Source: Candidatus Omnitrophota bacterium
GTDB taxonomy: Bacteria > Omnitrophota > Gorgyraeia > Duberdicusellales > 4484-171
Assembly (NCBI GenBank): GCA_018826075.1
Contig: JAHKAJ010000014.1
Location: 20,066 to 84,065, forward strand
Length of the DNA: 64,000 nt
Direction of reading: 5' to 3'
Part shown: piece by piece, positions 39,842 through 50,239 of the stretch
How positions within the stretch are numbered: the first letter of the stretch is position 1
Layout of the letters: the number at the start of each line of letters is the position of its first letter
Notes under the pieces: generated by a model
Told to the model about the DNA's origin: nothing
What the model saw: only the letters and a program-made list of their open reading frames with translations
Databases searched by the model: none
Program-made: the position numbers and the translations under genes

Positions 39842-40682
39842 TTTTTAGGTCTTCCTCATCTTTTGCTATCTCTTCTAATTCACGAATAGCAATAGTTTTT
39901 TCTTCCTGGGTAGGCGGCCTTCCGTGAAAATCGACAACATGTTCCATAAAAGAAACTCCCTTACCCTTTACCGTATGGGCAACGATCGCTGTGGGTTTTA
40001 GCTTAATCGTTTTTGCTTGCGCAAAAGCCTCCAGTAATTCCTTAATATTATGCCCATCGCACTGGATAACATGCCAGCCGAACGATTCCCACTTATTGAC
40101 TAACGGCTCTAAACTCATAATTTCGTCGGTCCGGCCGTCAATCTGAAAACGATTATAGTCGATGATCGCACAAAGATTATCCAGTTTAAAATGGGCAACT
40201 GCCATTGCTGCTTCCCAAATATTTCCTTCCTGGTTTTCGCCGTCACCGATAAGGCAATAGACTCTTGAGTCTTTGCGGTCGAGCCGGGCTGCCAAAGCCA
40301 TACCTAAAGAAACCGATAAACCTTGCCCTAGTGATCCACTGCCGACCTCAATTCCCGGAGTTCTCCGGTCAGGATGGCCCTGTAAAGTAGAACCTAATTT
40401 TCGCAGGGTCAAGAGTTTTTTCTCGGAAAAATAACCGCATAAGGCCAAAGCCGCATAAACTGCCGGGCAACAATGCCCTTTAGAAAGATGAAACTTATCT
40501 CTTTGCGGCCATTGAGGATTCTTAGGATCATGCCTTAAAACATCAAAATAAAGGCAGGCGATTATTTCTGTTGATGATAACGAACCTCCGGGGTGGCCGG
40601 ATCCGGCTTCGGCCAGCATGGTGATTATAAGCTTCCTCATCTGGTTTGCCTTGGCCTTTAAAACTTTTATTTTATTTTCCAT
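39834..40682 (-). CDS. Transketolase, N-terminal (TPP-binding) subunit
   Basis: 282 aa. SGHPGGSLS, GDGENQEGNIWEA TPP-binding motifs. 8-nt overlap with the C-terminal subunit gene. Confidence 0.8.
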   Translation of the reverse strand: MENKIKVLKAKANQMRKLIITMLAEAGSGHPGGSLSSTEIIACLYFDVLRHDPKNPQWPQRDKFHLSKGHCCPAVYAALALCGYFSEKKLLTLRKLGSTLQGHPDRRTPGIEVGSGSLGQGLSVSLGMALAARLDRKDSRVYCLIGDGENQEGNIWEAAMAVAHFKLDNLCAIIDYNRFQIDGRTDEIMSLEPLVNKWESFGWHVIQCDGHNIKELLEAFAQAKTIKLKPTAIVAHTVKGKGVSFMEHVVDFHGRPPTQEEKTIAIRELEEIAKDEEDLKNG

Positions 40683-41667
40683 AACGCTGGAGCTTTTCTT
40701 TTAAGTTTATGCTGTCCGGAAAATCATTCAAACCTTCCCGGTAATATTCGATTGCCTTATCCGGATTACCAAACTTTAGATAAAAATCGCCAAGATGTTC
40801 GTAGATTTCCGGATCTTTGGTATTGGCTATGGCTTCTTCCAGATATTTTCGAGCTTTATCAAGATTACCTTTCTTAAAATAAATCCAACCTAAGCTGTCA
40901 AGATAGGCTCCGTTATCCGGTTCAGCCTCCAAAGCCTTATTAAGCATAACCTCGGCTTGATCAAGATTTTCACCGCTTACAGCATAAAGATAGCCTAAAG
41001 AATTTAAAATCGGAGCGTAAGAACCGTCAATAGCCAGACCTTTTTTCCAGGTATCTATTGCCTCCTGGCGGCGGCCGGACTCATCATAAAGGTAACCCAG
41101 CCAAAAAAGAGCCCCAACATGTTTGGGGTTGACCTCAAGTATCCTTTGATATACCCTTATCGCTTCCTGGGGCTGTTTTTTATAAAAATAAAATTGGGCC
41201 AGATATTCGGAAATCCCTACATCCTTGGGTTTAAGCTCGTGAGCTTTCTTCAAAAAACTTTCATATTCCTGTTCAAGTTTTTGGCTGTTATCGGTCAAAG
41301 AATAAACAAAGATCAAAATCCAGGAAATATCCAGATTGTCCGGAGCGATTTTTTTTGCCGCAATCAGGGCGGTTTCAGCCTGATCGATTTTTTCTAAACG
41401 GATCAAAGCTGCGGCTATTTTAAGGCGCAGGTAAATAGAATCAGGGTCTTTTACTTTGGCTTTTTCTAAAAATTCTAAAGCCTGTTGATATTTTCCCTCT
41501 TCAAAATATTGAAGACCTTTTAAATAATCGCTGTAAAGCCTGGTGATACTTTTTTTGTCTTGAGCTAAGGATAAGTTTGAGCCAAAAAAGGAAAATAAAA
41601 TAAGGCAGGCTGAAAAAACAAAAAAAAGGCGTTTAAAATCGAGGCTTAACCCAGCTATTAGCTTCAC
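40672..41667 (-). CDS. Secreted TPR-repeat protein
   Basis: Signal peptide plus about 8 TPR-like repeats. 331 aa. Confidence 0.6.
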   Translation of the reverse strand: MKLIAGLSLDFKRLFFVFSACLILFSFFGSNLSLAQDKKSITRLYSDYLKGLQYFEEGKYQQALEFLEKAKVKDPDSIYLRLKIAAALIRLEKIDQAETALIAAKKIAPDNLDISWILIFVYSLTDNSQKLEQEYESFLKKAHELKPKDVGISEYLAQFYFYKKQPQEAIRVYQRILEVNPKHVGALFWLGYLYDESGRRQEAIDTWKKGLAIDGSYAPILNSLGYLYAVSGENLDQAEVMLNKALEAEPDNGAYLDSLGWIYFKKGNLDKARKYLEEAIANTKDPEIYEHLGDFYLKFGNPDKAIEYYREGLNDFPDSINLKEKLQRYGK

Positions 41668-41862
41668 TTTTATTTCCTGCTTTGACTCTAAGTAAGGTGT
41701 TGTTTTATGAACTGAAAGCCAAACGTTACTGCTAAGAACAATTACAGCTTATAGCCGAGATTAACGAGACTTGTGCCTTTGCTGTTTTCTTCTTTTTTTA
41801 AACCAGTGTCTTTTGACTTTTTTGAGCTTCTTTTTTCTTCCGCAAGGCATACTTTATTGCTC

Positions 41863-42741
41863 CTAATAGATTACTTTATTCAACGGGTATTCGATGATAC
41901 CTTGAGCGCCTTTTTCTTTAAGCAAAGGAAGTAATTCTCTAACCCGGTTCTCTTCGATGATCACTTCACAGGCAACCCAGCCTTGGAGAGTTAAAGAAGA
42001 AATGGTCGGCTTTTTAAGCGCCGGTAAAAGTGATAATACTTCCTTTAAATTTTCTTGTTTAACGTTTAGTTTCAAGCCGACTTTGCCCCGGGCTTCCAAG
42101 GCGCCTTTTAAAAGTAAGAGCAAATAATTCATTTTTTTATTTTTCCAGACATCCTTAACCGCTGGCTTGTTGGCAATAAACTGGGTAGTCGATAAACAGA
42201 TCGTAGCTATTTCCTTCAGGCCGTTAGCCCGCAGGGATTCGCCGGTTTCAGTAAGTTCAACGATCGCATCGACCAGGCCGCTCCTGACTTTGACTTCAGT
42301 AGCTCCCCAGCTGAATTCGACATCAACCGGTATCTTTTTATTTTTAAAAAACTTTTTAGTATAATTGATAAGTTCAGTAGCTATGCGCTTACCCTTTAGA
42401 TCCTGGAGCTTTTTTATTTTTGAATCATCTTTTACCGCTACCACCCAGCGTACCGGGTTAAGGGTGCGCTTGGCGTAAAGTAATTCGGCCAAACGCAGGA
42501 CGTTTGAGCCGCTGTCCAAGATCCAATCTTCGCCGGTAATGCCGCAATCGAGCACACCGTCCTGGACATAACGGGACATTTCCTGAGCCCGAATAAGGAC
42601 TACTTTGATTTCCGGATCATCAATAGTCGGAAAATAGGAACGGCTGCTGGCGTAGATATTAAACCCGGCCATCCGGAAAATCTCCAAGGTCTTTTCCTGC
42701 AAGCTTCCTTTAGGTATGCCTAATTTTAAAGTTTTCATCAT
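41863..42741 (-). CDS. hisG: ATP phosphoribosyltransferase (long form)
   Basis: 292 aa. HisG catalytic core plus a C-terminal regulatory domain. Confidence 0.75.
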   Translation of the reverse strand: MMKTLKLGIPKGSLQEKTLEIFRMAGFNIYASSRSYFPTIDDPEIKVVLIRAQEMSRYVQDGVLDCGITGEDWILDSGSNVLRLAELLYAKRTLNPVRWVVAVKDDSKIKKLQDLKGKRIATELINYTKKFFKNKKIPVDVEFSWGATEVKVRSGLVDAIVELTETGESLRANGLKEIATICLSTTQFIANKPAVKDVWKNKKMNYLLLLLKGALEARGKVGLKLNVKQENLKEVLSLLPALKKPTISSLTLQGWVACEVIIEENRVRELLPLLKEKGAQGIIEYPLNKVIY

Positions 42742-42754
42742 TGATCTCCAACGA

Positions 42755-42795
42755 GTGTTAATTATATACTGGGCTATTTAACTTGTAAAGAAAAA
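42755..42795 (-). promoter_or_regulatory. Candidate sigma70-type promoter for hisG (TTTACA-N17-TATAAT) with a GGAG Shine-Dalgarno
   Basis: -35 at 42784..42789 and -10 at 42761..42766 on the minus strand. GGAGAUCAAUG ribosome-binding site. Confidence 0.4.
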
Positions 42796-42903
42796 TATTG
42801 TAAACGCTTACTGACCGGTTCACCTATCATCTTGAAACTCTTAGCTTAAAGATGTTATCTTTTAGGTGAGACTCTCTGTAATATGGGGGTCTATCTAGCC
42901 ACG

Positions 42904-42942
42904 GACCCTCTCTCCGGTTTCCGGGGAGGGGGGTCTTTTTTT
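42904..42942 (+). terminator. Plus-strand intrinsic terminator (GC-rich hairpin + T7) with no annotated plus-strand gene upstream
   Basis: GACCCTCTCTCCGG-TTT-CCGGGGAGGGGGGTC followed by TTTTTTT. On the minus strand the hairpin is preceded by A7 and not followed by a U-tract. Confidence 0.5.
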
Positions 42943-44458
42943 AACGCACAAAAAGGCTTTTTGAGGAAAAATTCGGGTCGCTGGTAAGATTCACTCCCAG
43001 GCGGCGCAAACCGGCTTCATCGCCGGGTGCCGGTATATGGGTGGTGTGCACTTCGCAACCGGAGAGTTCTCTCAATTTCTCCATGGCTAATTGAGCAGTA
43101 GGATTGGTGGTGGCGCTGATGCTCAAAGCGATCAAAGCTTCTTCCAAATCTAGACTAACTGACTTTGCTCCGGAAATATTTTTTTTAAGGTTAGCTATGG
43201 ACTCCATTATTGATGGTGAAAGTAAGTGGATCTTATCGGGAATATCAGCTAATTTTTTTATTGAATTTAAAACCAGGCTGGCGGTCGCATGCATCAAGGT
43301 TGAATTCTTTCCGGTGATTATCTCTCCATTTTTCAATTCAATGGCAGCTCCGCAAAAAATTCCTTCGTTACCCTGATCTTTATCCTGGCCTTCTTTGGCT
43401 GCTTTTTGAGCCGGTTCCACCACCTTTCGGTCTAAAGCCTTGAGCCCCAACTCATCCATGATCAACTCTACTCTTTGTACAGTCTCTTTATCGACAAAAC
43501 CCATAATATATTCACAACTGTACCGGAAATATCTGCGGATAATCTCTTGCTTAGAGGCCTCACGAACCACTTGATCATCGATAATTCCGAATCCGGCCCG
43601 GTTCACTCCCATATCAGTGGGTGATTTATAGAATGATTCATGGCCGGTTATCTTTTCTAAAATCCTTTCTAATAAAGGAAAAGCTTCCACGTCACGGTTA
43701 TAATTAACCGCCGTAGCCTGATAAGCCTCTAAATGAAACGGATCAATGAGGTTGAAATCTCTAATATCAGCAGTAGCAGCTTCATAAGCTATATTTACCG
43801 GATGCTTAAGCGGCAGGTTCCAGATCGGAAAGGTTTCAAATTTGGCATAGCCGGCCTTGACCCCCCGCTTGTATTCATGGTAACACTGAGAAAGGCAGGT
43901 AGCCAGTTTTCCGCTTCCCGGGCCGGGACCGGTTACCACCACCAGGGGCTTTTCGGTTTCAATATATTCATTGGCGCCGTAACCCTCATCGCTAACGATC
44001 AGGTCTACCTCGGTAGGATAACCTTTAGTAAACTGATGAGTATAGACTTTCACATTGCGCCGCTGAAGTTTATTTTTAAAGATCTTAGCCGCCGGTTGAT
44101 TATTAAAACGGGTTATTACTACCGCCGCTACATTTATCTCCCAGCTGCGCAAATCATCAATAAGTTTTAAAGCATCAACATCATAGGTAATACCGAAATC
44201 AGCCCTCACTTTTCTGCGTTCAATATCCCCGGCATAAATACAAAGGATGATATCAGCTTTATCTTTGAGCTGCTTTAAAAGGCGTATCTTAACATTGGGG
44301 TCAAACCCCGGTAAAACCCGGGAAGCATGGTAGTCAAAAACTATTTTGCCGCCGAATTCAAGATAGAGCTTGTTGTCAAAGCGCTTCACCCGTTCCAAGA
44401 TCGCTTGGGTCTGTTCAGCTAAATATTTTTCATTATCAAAGCCGGTTGATTTTGCCAT
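42941..44458 (-). CDS. DUF1846/UPF0371 family protein
   Basis: 505 aa. N-terminus [24 protein letters not shown]...[25 protein letters not shown] recalled as the UPF0371 signature. Confidence 0.55.
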   Translation of the reverse strand: MAKSTGFDNEKYLAEQTQAILERVKRFDNKLYLEFGGKIVFDYHASRVLPGFDPNVKIRLLKQLKDKADIILCIYAGDIERRKVRADFGITYDVDALKLIDDLRSWEINVAAVVITRFNNQPAAKIFKNKLQRRNVKVYTHQFTKGYPTEVDLIVSDEGYGANEYIETEKPLVVVTGPGPGSGKLATCLSQCYHEYKRGVKAGYAKFETFPIWNLPLKHPVNIAYEAATADIRDFNLIDPFHLEAYQATAVNYNRDVEAFPLLERILEKITGHESFYKSPTDMGVNRAGFGIIDDQVVREASKQEIIRRYFRYSCEYIMGFVDKETVQRVELIMDELGLKALDRKVVEPAQKAAKEGQDKDQGNEGIFCGAAIELKNGEIITGKNSTLMHATASLVLNSIKKLADIPDKIHLLSPSIMESIANLKKNISGAKSVSLDLEEALIALSISATTNPTAQLAMEKLRELSGCEVHTTHIPAPGDEAGLRRLGVNLTSDPNFSSKSLFVR

Positions 44459-44469
44459 AAAACTCCTGT

Positions 44470-47400
44470 TTACCTGATTTTTCCGGAAACCGCAAATAAC
44501 TCCTTATGGTAATCCTGCAGTGACTTTACCGAGATCTTGCTCATTTTAGCCGCTTCAATACCTTCAATGCTGGCCTTAGCCGCAGCCACTGAAGTAATGT
44601 AAGGAACTTTATATTGTATAGCCTGCATACGGATGTAACTATCGTCATGTTTGCTGCTTAAACCTAAAGGGGTGTTAATGATCAGATGGATTTCCTTATT
44701 CTTTATTGAGTCGACGATATTCGGCCTTCCTTCATGCAGCTTGTTGATCAAAACATTTTCCACAGCTTTGTCATTTAAAAACCGGCTGGTACCTTCAGTT
44801 GCGTAGATGGTAAACCCCAGCTTCTTGATCCGTTTAGCTATCGGGAGAATATAGTCTTTGTCCCGATCCGCCACGGTCAGTAGAATATTTCCCTCCAGGG
44901 GAAGTTTCGTGCCCACGGCTTCCTGAGCCTTGTAAAACGCCACCCCGAAGCTGTCGGCAATCCCCATGACTTCACCGGTCGCCCGCATTTCCGGGCCAAG
45001 CAAAGGATCCACTTCCGGAAACATGTTAAAAGGAAATACCGCCTCTTTAACTCCCACATAAGGAAGTTTGTAAACCCTTAATTCGGGAAAATTATTAAGT
45101 TTCTTGCCCAGCATTATTTGAGTAGCTATGTGTGCTATCGGTATGCCGGTCATCTTAGAGACTATCGGCACTGTCCGGGAAGCCCGGGGATTAGCCTCTA
45201 AGATATAGACCTGGTCATCGCAGATAGCATACTGGATATTTATCAACCCGACTACTTTGAGCTCTTTAGCAATTTTAGCTGTATACTGCTCAATGGTTTC
45301 CAAATGCACTTTCTTAATAGTCCGGGGAGGAATAGCGCAGGCCGAATCACCGGAATGAACTCCGGCCAGTTCTATATGTTCCATGACCGAAGCCACAAAA
45401 CAGTTTTCACCGTCAGAAAGAGCATCGACTTCGGTTTCAATAGCCTGCTCCAGGAACCGGTCAATAAGCATCGGATATTCCGGACTGACCTGGATTGCTT
45501 CCTCAGCATAACGCCGCAACATCACCTCATCATAAATAACTTCCATTCCCCGGCCACCCAGGACAAAAGAAGGCCGTACCATCAACGGATAGCCTATACT
45601 TTGAGCTATTTCAACCGCTTCGTTCAATGAACGGGCAATCCCTCCGGCAGCTTGGGGGATCTCCAGCTCGATCATCCTTTTGCGAAAGTATTCCCGGTCC
45701 TCAGCCAAACGAATACTTTCCGGTGAAGTCCCCAATATCTTCACACCGTTATCTTTTAATTCCTGAGCAATGTTTAAAGGAGTCTGGCCGCCGAATTGGA
45801 CTATCACCCCTTCGGGCTTTTCCTTTTCATAAATCGTCAATACATCCTCAACTGTCAACGGTTCAAAATAAAGTTTATTCGAAGTATCATAATCAGTAGA
45901 AACTGTTTCCGGGTTGCAGTTGATCATAATTGATTCATAGCCTTCATCGCGAAGAGCAAAAGCAGCATGGACACAAGTGTAGTCAAACTCAATACCCTGG
46001 CCGATCCGGTTAGGGCCGCCGCCAAGAATCAATATTTTGCGCTTGTTAGACACTGAAACCGTATCTTGCTTATTATAGGTAGAATAGTAATAAGCGGCAT
46101 TTTCGACTCCGCTTACCGGAACTGCATCAAAACAGCCGGCTTTACCAAGCTTAATCCTTTTAGTCCGGACTTCTTTTTCAGCTACTTTAAAAAGTTCAGA
46201 CAGGTACCTATCGGAAAACCCCCACTCTTTTGCCTTGATCAAAACCGGAGAAGGCAATTCATTCCAGCTGTATTTAAGCATCTCTTCTTCGAACTCAACC
46301 AGCTCTTTCATCTGGCTAAGAAACCAGCGGCCGATATAAGTTACCTTATATAACTCTTCTACCGATATCCCTCTTCTTAACGACTCATAGATCAAGAATA
46401 TCCTTTCACTGGAAGGGTAGGAAACTCGATTTTTAAGCTCTTCTGAACTCAAAGCTTTAAACTTACTAACCCCTAAACCGTATCGTTTTATTTCCAGGGA
46501 ACGAATTGCCTTTTGAAAAGCTTCCTTAAAGTTTTTTCCGATACTCATCACTTCACCCACAGCCTTCATCTGAGTTCCCAGGATATCTTTAGCCTGAGGA
46601 AATTTCTCAAAAGCCCAGCGGGCAAATTTGATTACTACGTAATCTCCCCAGGGTTCATATTTTTCAAGCGTTCCTTTACGCCAATAAGGAATCTCATCCA
46701 TGGTTATTCCGGCAGCCAGTTTGGTGGAAATCCGGGCAATCGGAAAACCGGTTGCCTTACTGGCTAAGGCTGATGAACGTGAAGTCCGGGGATTGATTTC
46801 AATAACTACCAGGCGGTCATCAACCAAGTTATGAGCAAACTGGATGTTAGTTCCCCCGATAACCCCGATAGCCTCAACTATCCGATAAGAATACTCCTGC
46901 ATTTTCTCCTGCAAGGGTTTAGGCACTGTAAGCATCGGCGCAGCGCAAAAACTATCACCGGTATGCACACCCATAGCATCAATGTTTTCAATAAAACAAA
47001 CGGTGATTTTTTGATTCTTGGCATCGCGGACGACTTCTAATTCCAACTCTTCCCAGCCAATAACCGCTTCCTCAACTAATACCTGGTTAACGATACTGGC
47101 GGCTAAACCGCGGCTAACGATTGTACGCAGCTCTTCAATATTGTAAGCTATTCCTCCGCCGGTTCCGCCCATAGTATAAGCCGGACGCAAAACTACCGGA
47201 TAACCTAATTTTGCCGCAATAGCCTCAGCTTCTTCAACTGACTGGCTGATTTCTGATTTAGGCAGTGGAATATTCAATTTATTCATTGTCTCTTTAAAGG
47301 CTAAACGGTCTTCACCTCTTTCGATAGCATCAGTCTTTACGCCGATGACTTCAACTCCATATTTTTCCAGTACCCCGGCCTTATAAAGAGTCGATGAAAG

Positions 47401-47691
47401 ATTAAGCCCGGTTTGGCCGCCTAAATTAGGCAAAAGCGCATCCGGCCTCTCTAAGGCAATGATTTTTTCCAAAGTCTCAAGATTAAGCGGCTCAATATAG
47501 GTCTTATCAGCCATACCCGGGTCAGTCATGATCGTGGCCGGATTAGAATTAACTAAAACTACTTCATAGCCCTCCTCTTTGAGAGCTTTACAGGCTTGAG
47601 TCCCCGAATAGTCAAATTCGCAGGCTTGTCCGATAATAATCGGTCCTGACCCGATGATCAGCACTTTTTTGATGTCTTGGCGTTTCGGCAT
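44470..47691 (-). CDS. carB: Carbamoyl-phosphate synthase large subunit
   Basis: 1073 aa. Duplicated ATP-grasp halves and a C-terminal MGS-like domain. No adjacent carA. Confidence 0.9.
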   Translation of the reverse strand: MPKRQDIKKVLIIGSGPIIIGQACEFDYSGTQACKALKEEGYEVVLVNSNPATIMTDPGMADKTYIEPLNLETLEKIIALERPDALLPNLGGQTGLNLSSTLYKAGVLEKYGVEVIGVKTDAIERGEDRLAFKETMNKLNIPLPKSEISQSVEEAEAIAAKLGYPVVLRPAYTMGGTGGGIAYNIEELRTIVSRGLAASIVNQVLVEEAVIGWEELELEVVRDAKNQKITVCFIENIDAMGVHTGDSFCAAPMLTVPKPLQEKMQEYSYRIVEAIGVIGGTNIQFAHNLVDDRLVVIEINPRTSRSSALASKATGFPIARISTKLAAGITMDEIPYWRKGTLEKYEPWGDYVVIKFARWAFEKFPQAKDILGTQMKAVGEVMSIGKNFKEAFQKAIRSLEIKRYGLGVSKFKALSSEELKNRVSYPSSERIFLIYESLRRGISVEELYKVTYIGRWFLSQMKELVEFEEEMLKYSWNELPSPVLIKAKEWGFSDRYLSELFKVAEKEVRTKRIKLGKAGCFDAVPVSGVENAAYYYSTYNKQDTVSVSNKRKILILGGGPNRIGQGIEFDYTCVHAAFALRDEGYESIMINCNPETVSTDYDTSNKLYFEPLTVEDVLTIYEKEKPEGVIVQFGGQTPLNIAQELKDNGVKILGTSPESIRLAEDREYFRKRMIELEIPQAAGGIARSLNEAVEIAQSIGYPLMVRPSFVLGGRGMEVIYDEVMLRRYAEEAIQVSPEYPMLIDRFLEQAIETEVDALSDGENCFVASVMEHIELAGVHSGDSACAIPPRTIKKVHLETIEQYTAKIAKELKVVGLINIQYAICDDQVYILEANPRASRTVPIVSKMTGIPIAHIATQIMLGKKLNNFPELRVYKLPYVGVKEAVFPFNMFPEVDPLLGPEMRATGEVMGIADSFGVAFYKAQEAVGTKLPLEGNILLTVADRDKDYILPIAKRIKKLGFTIYATEGTSRFLNDKAVENVLINKLHEGRPNIVDSIKNKEIHLIINTPLGLSSKHDDSYIRMQAIQYKVPYITSVAAAKASIEGIEAAKMSKISVKSLQDYHKELFAVSGKIR

Positions 47692-47932
47692 AAAAAACTC
47701 CTTTGTAAGTATTGATTAATTAGTATTCAAACTCTGCCGCACCTTTAAGCAACCCAGGGCCAAAAAATGAGAAAAGCGCCCCCTCTACTTTGTCTAGTAG
47801 AAAACGCGCTTTGTTCATTGGTAATCGGCATCGATTATTACTGCTGATTATCCAACATTCCAATAGTTTGTCAAGGGTAAATTTTGATTTTTTTAGCTAG
47901 ACAAGTAAAAAATAATCTGTTATCCTTTTGTT

Positions 47933-48409
47933 ATGAAACATCAGATCAGAACCGGGGTAAGTTTCGGCTTGACCTCAGGCATCATCACCACTCTTGGGCT
48001 AATGGTCGGCCTTCACTCAGGCACCCAGTCAAAAATAGCGGTTATCGGAGGAATTTTGACTATCGCCATTGCAGACGCTTTCAGCGATGCTTTAGGAATA
48101 CACATTTCCGAAGAATCGGAAAACCGGCATACTCACAAAGAAATTTGGGAATCGACTATCTATACTTTTCTGTCTAAATTCTTTATCGCCCTTAGTTTTA
48201 TGGTTCCCCTCTTAAACTTTACGTTGACCAAGGCAGTTATCATCAGTATTGTTTGGGGAATGTTTCTGCTGGTTGTTTTCAACTTCTATATTGCTAAAAG
48301 CCAGGGCGAACGCCCCTGGAGAGTGGTGGGCGAACATTTTGCTATTGCCTTAGTAGTGATCACCCTTACTCATTTCCTTGGCGACTGGATCCATTCTCAC
48401 CTGAACTAA
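47933..48409 (+). CDS. Small polytopic membrane protein (possibly VIT1/CCC1-like)
   Basis: 158 aa, 4-5 predicted TM helices. Family assignment is weak. Confidence 0.35.
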   Translation: MKHQIRTGVSFGLTSGIITTLGLMVGLHSGTQSKIAVIGGILTIAIADAFSDALGIHISEESENRHTHKEIWESTIYTFLSKFFIALSFMVPLLNFTLTKAVIISIVWGMFLLVVFNFYIAKSQGERPWRVVGEHFAIALVVITLTHFLGDWIHSHLN

Positions 48410-48415
48410 CTAACT

Positions 48416-48784
48416 CTAAGCCGCTAAAATCAGAACTATCCCAAAAACACAAGCTAACACCGCAAAACCACGCAGGGATTTTGCAGGCTTCTTGATAAAT
48501 TCTTCGGCTTTAGCGGTTATTTTAGAACGGCCGATGATAAACAGAAGCAAGCCTTTAATCAGACTAATGATACCAAAAACAATCACTACCCAAGCAATAT
48601 TGCAACGCACCGCGGCAATCAGAAAAACTATTCCGATAAGGATGCTCAGCAAACTCCCCATATATAAATGATCTGCTTCCATCCAAAACTTAAGCCACTT
48701 TTTGATCTGATCCGGTTTCATCAAAAAAATAACCCCCATGGCAAATACAGCCACACCGATCAACTTAACTAACCCTACCATCAT
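48416..48784 (-). CDS. Small integral membrane protein
   Basis: 122 aa, 3-4 TM helices. Co-oriented with the upstream genes. Confidence 0.4.
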   Translation of the reverse strand: MMVGLVKLIGVAVFAMGVIFLMKPDQIKKWLKFWMEADHLYMGSLLSILIGIVFLIAAVRCNIAWVVIVFGIISLIKGLLLFIIGRSKITAKAEEFIKKPAKSLRGFAVLACVFGIVLILAA

Positions 48785-48810
48785 CTTGACCTCCTTTTTA
48801 ACTAATAAAT

Positions 48811-49281
48811 TTATCTTATCCTACGGCTCTTTTTTTGGGAAATTTTAAACTCGGCCGAAGGCGAAAAATCTCCGCTTTGACTAAAACTTTCTGAAAGGTT
48901 CAACTCGCTTAAGTGTAAATAAGATTTGCAATGTCTATGTCGGTGAAAATAACGCGGGTCGCGGGTAACTGCTTTATACTTTGGTTCGATCAATTCAGCC
49001 GACGAAGATTTGAATTCTAAAGTTGACGCTGAAATTTCTTCCTTGATCGATAGGCTATTATCTCCGGAAGGCTGATACTCTTTAAGCGTTCCCTCGAAAG
49101 TTTTACTGGCTACTGAAAATTCCTTAGTCGAGGCAGAAAATTCGCTTTTAGAATTATTTTTATGAGGGACAATCCTAACCCTGGCTAAAGCTGAAAAACA
49201 AACTAAAAATGATATTAAAATAGCTATCGGGTATAAAAAACTTTTTTTTTCGATTACTAAATGCTCAAGTTGATTTTTCAT
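48811..49281 (-). CDS. Membrane-anchored hypothetical protein with degenerate S-x-S-T-x-EF-K repeats
   Basis: N-terminal TM segment, then three or more SASTKEF / SASTLEFK / SPSAEFK repeat units. ATG at 49281 sits 7 nt after the GAF-ANTAR stop. Confidence 0.4.
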   Translation of the reverse strand: MKNQLEHLVIEKKSFLYPIAILISFLVCFSALARVRIVPHKNNSKSEFSASTKEFSVASKTFEGTLKEYQPSGDNSLSIKEEISASTLEFKSSSAELIEPKYKAVTRDPRYFHRHRHCKSYLHLSELNLSESFSQSGDFSPSAEFKISQKKSRRIR

Positions 49282-49288
49282 AATAATC

Positions 49289-49993
49289 CTAAAACTTCTT
49301 TTTAAGCTCGGCGGCGAGAATAATCGCTTCAGCAATATCTTTCATTGACAGACGCCGGTCCATGCTTGATTTACGGATAAGCGTATAAGCTTCCTCTTCG
49401 CTGATTTTCTGATCCCTCATTAAGATCCCTTTGGCTTTCTCAATCTTTTTCCGGGCTTCTAGTTCTTCCTGGATCACCCGGGTTTTTACCAAAAGCTCGG
49501 TGTTCTCAATAGCTACGGCTGCCTGGTTAGCAATTGTACTTACCAGTTCAATGTCGCTTTTGGTAAATTTGTATACCGCGGTCGTATAGCAATTAATCAC
49601 CCCGATCACTTTTCTCTTAACCATCATCGGAACGCTGATCATCGAAACCAAGCCTTCCCGGCGGGCCAGTTTCTTTTCCTTGTAACGTGTATCCTCCAAA
49701 ACATTGAGAATGGTGACCGGTTTTTTTTCCTTGGCTACAAACCCGACAATACCCTCTCCGACCTTTAAACTCCTCTCGCGCAAATATTCCTGGCTTAAAG
49801 CCTGGGTAGCCCTGATCTTTAACTCCTGACTCTGGGGATCAAGTAGCCAAAGAGCACAAATCTTGGCCTGCATGACATTGGCAGTCAGGGTGACGATCAA
49901 CTTAAGCATATCCTCCAGGTACAGATCAGAAGTGATAGCCTTGGCGATTTTACTTAAGGTATCAACGTAGGTTTTGTAAGAAGTTTTTTTCAT
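49289..49993 (-). CDS. GAF-ANTAR RNA-binding antitermination regulator
   Basis: GAF domain, then a C-terminal ANTAR motif: EELEARKKIEKAKGILMRDQKISEEEAYTLIRKSSMDRRLSMKDIAEAIILA. Confidence 0.8.
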   Translation of the reverse strand: MKKTSYKTYVDTLSKIAKAITSDLYLEDMLKLIVTLTANVMQAKICALWLLDPQSQELKIRATQALSQEYLRERSLKVGEGIVGFVAKEKKPVTILNVLEDTRYKEKKLARREGLVSMISVPMMVKRKVIGVINCYTTAVYKFTKSDIELVSTIANQAAVAIENTELLVKTRVIQEELEARKKIEKAKGILMRDQKISEEEAYTLIRKSSMDRRLSMKDIAEAIILAAELKKKF

Positions 49994-50239
49994 AAACCGG
50001 TTTTAGCCTAAAACATGGTTATGCTTATTGTAGCAAGATTTGGGCTTAAATCAACCGCTAATCGCTGCCGGGCTACAATCTAAGCCTCAAATCCTAAAAA
50101 GGGCTTGATTTTTCAAGCATTTTCTTACTTTTAACCTAAAAAATGCAAATTTTGCTTGACAAATGTAAAGTTTTGTTTTACACTTGTAATGTAGCAATAG
50201 TTGTACATTTACAAATAACAATAAAAAGTGAGGTAAACC

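Noticed and set aside
44877-47040. Several 60-108-aa ORFs inside carB on either strand
   Set aside because: They lie inside the continuous 1073-aa carB reading frame. They are frame-shadow artefacts.
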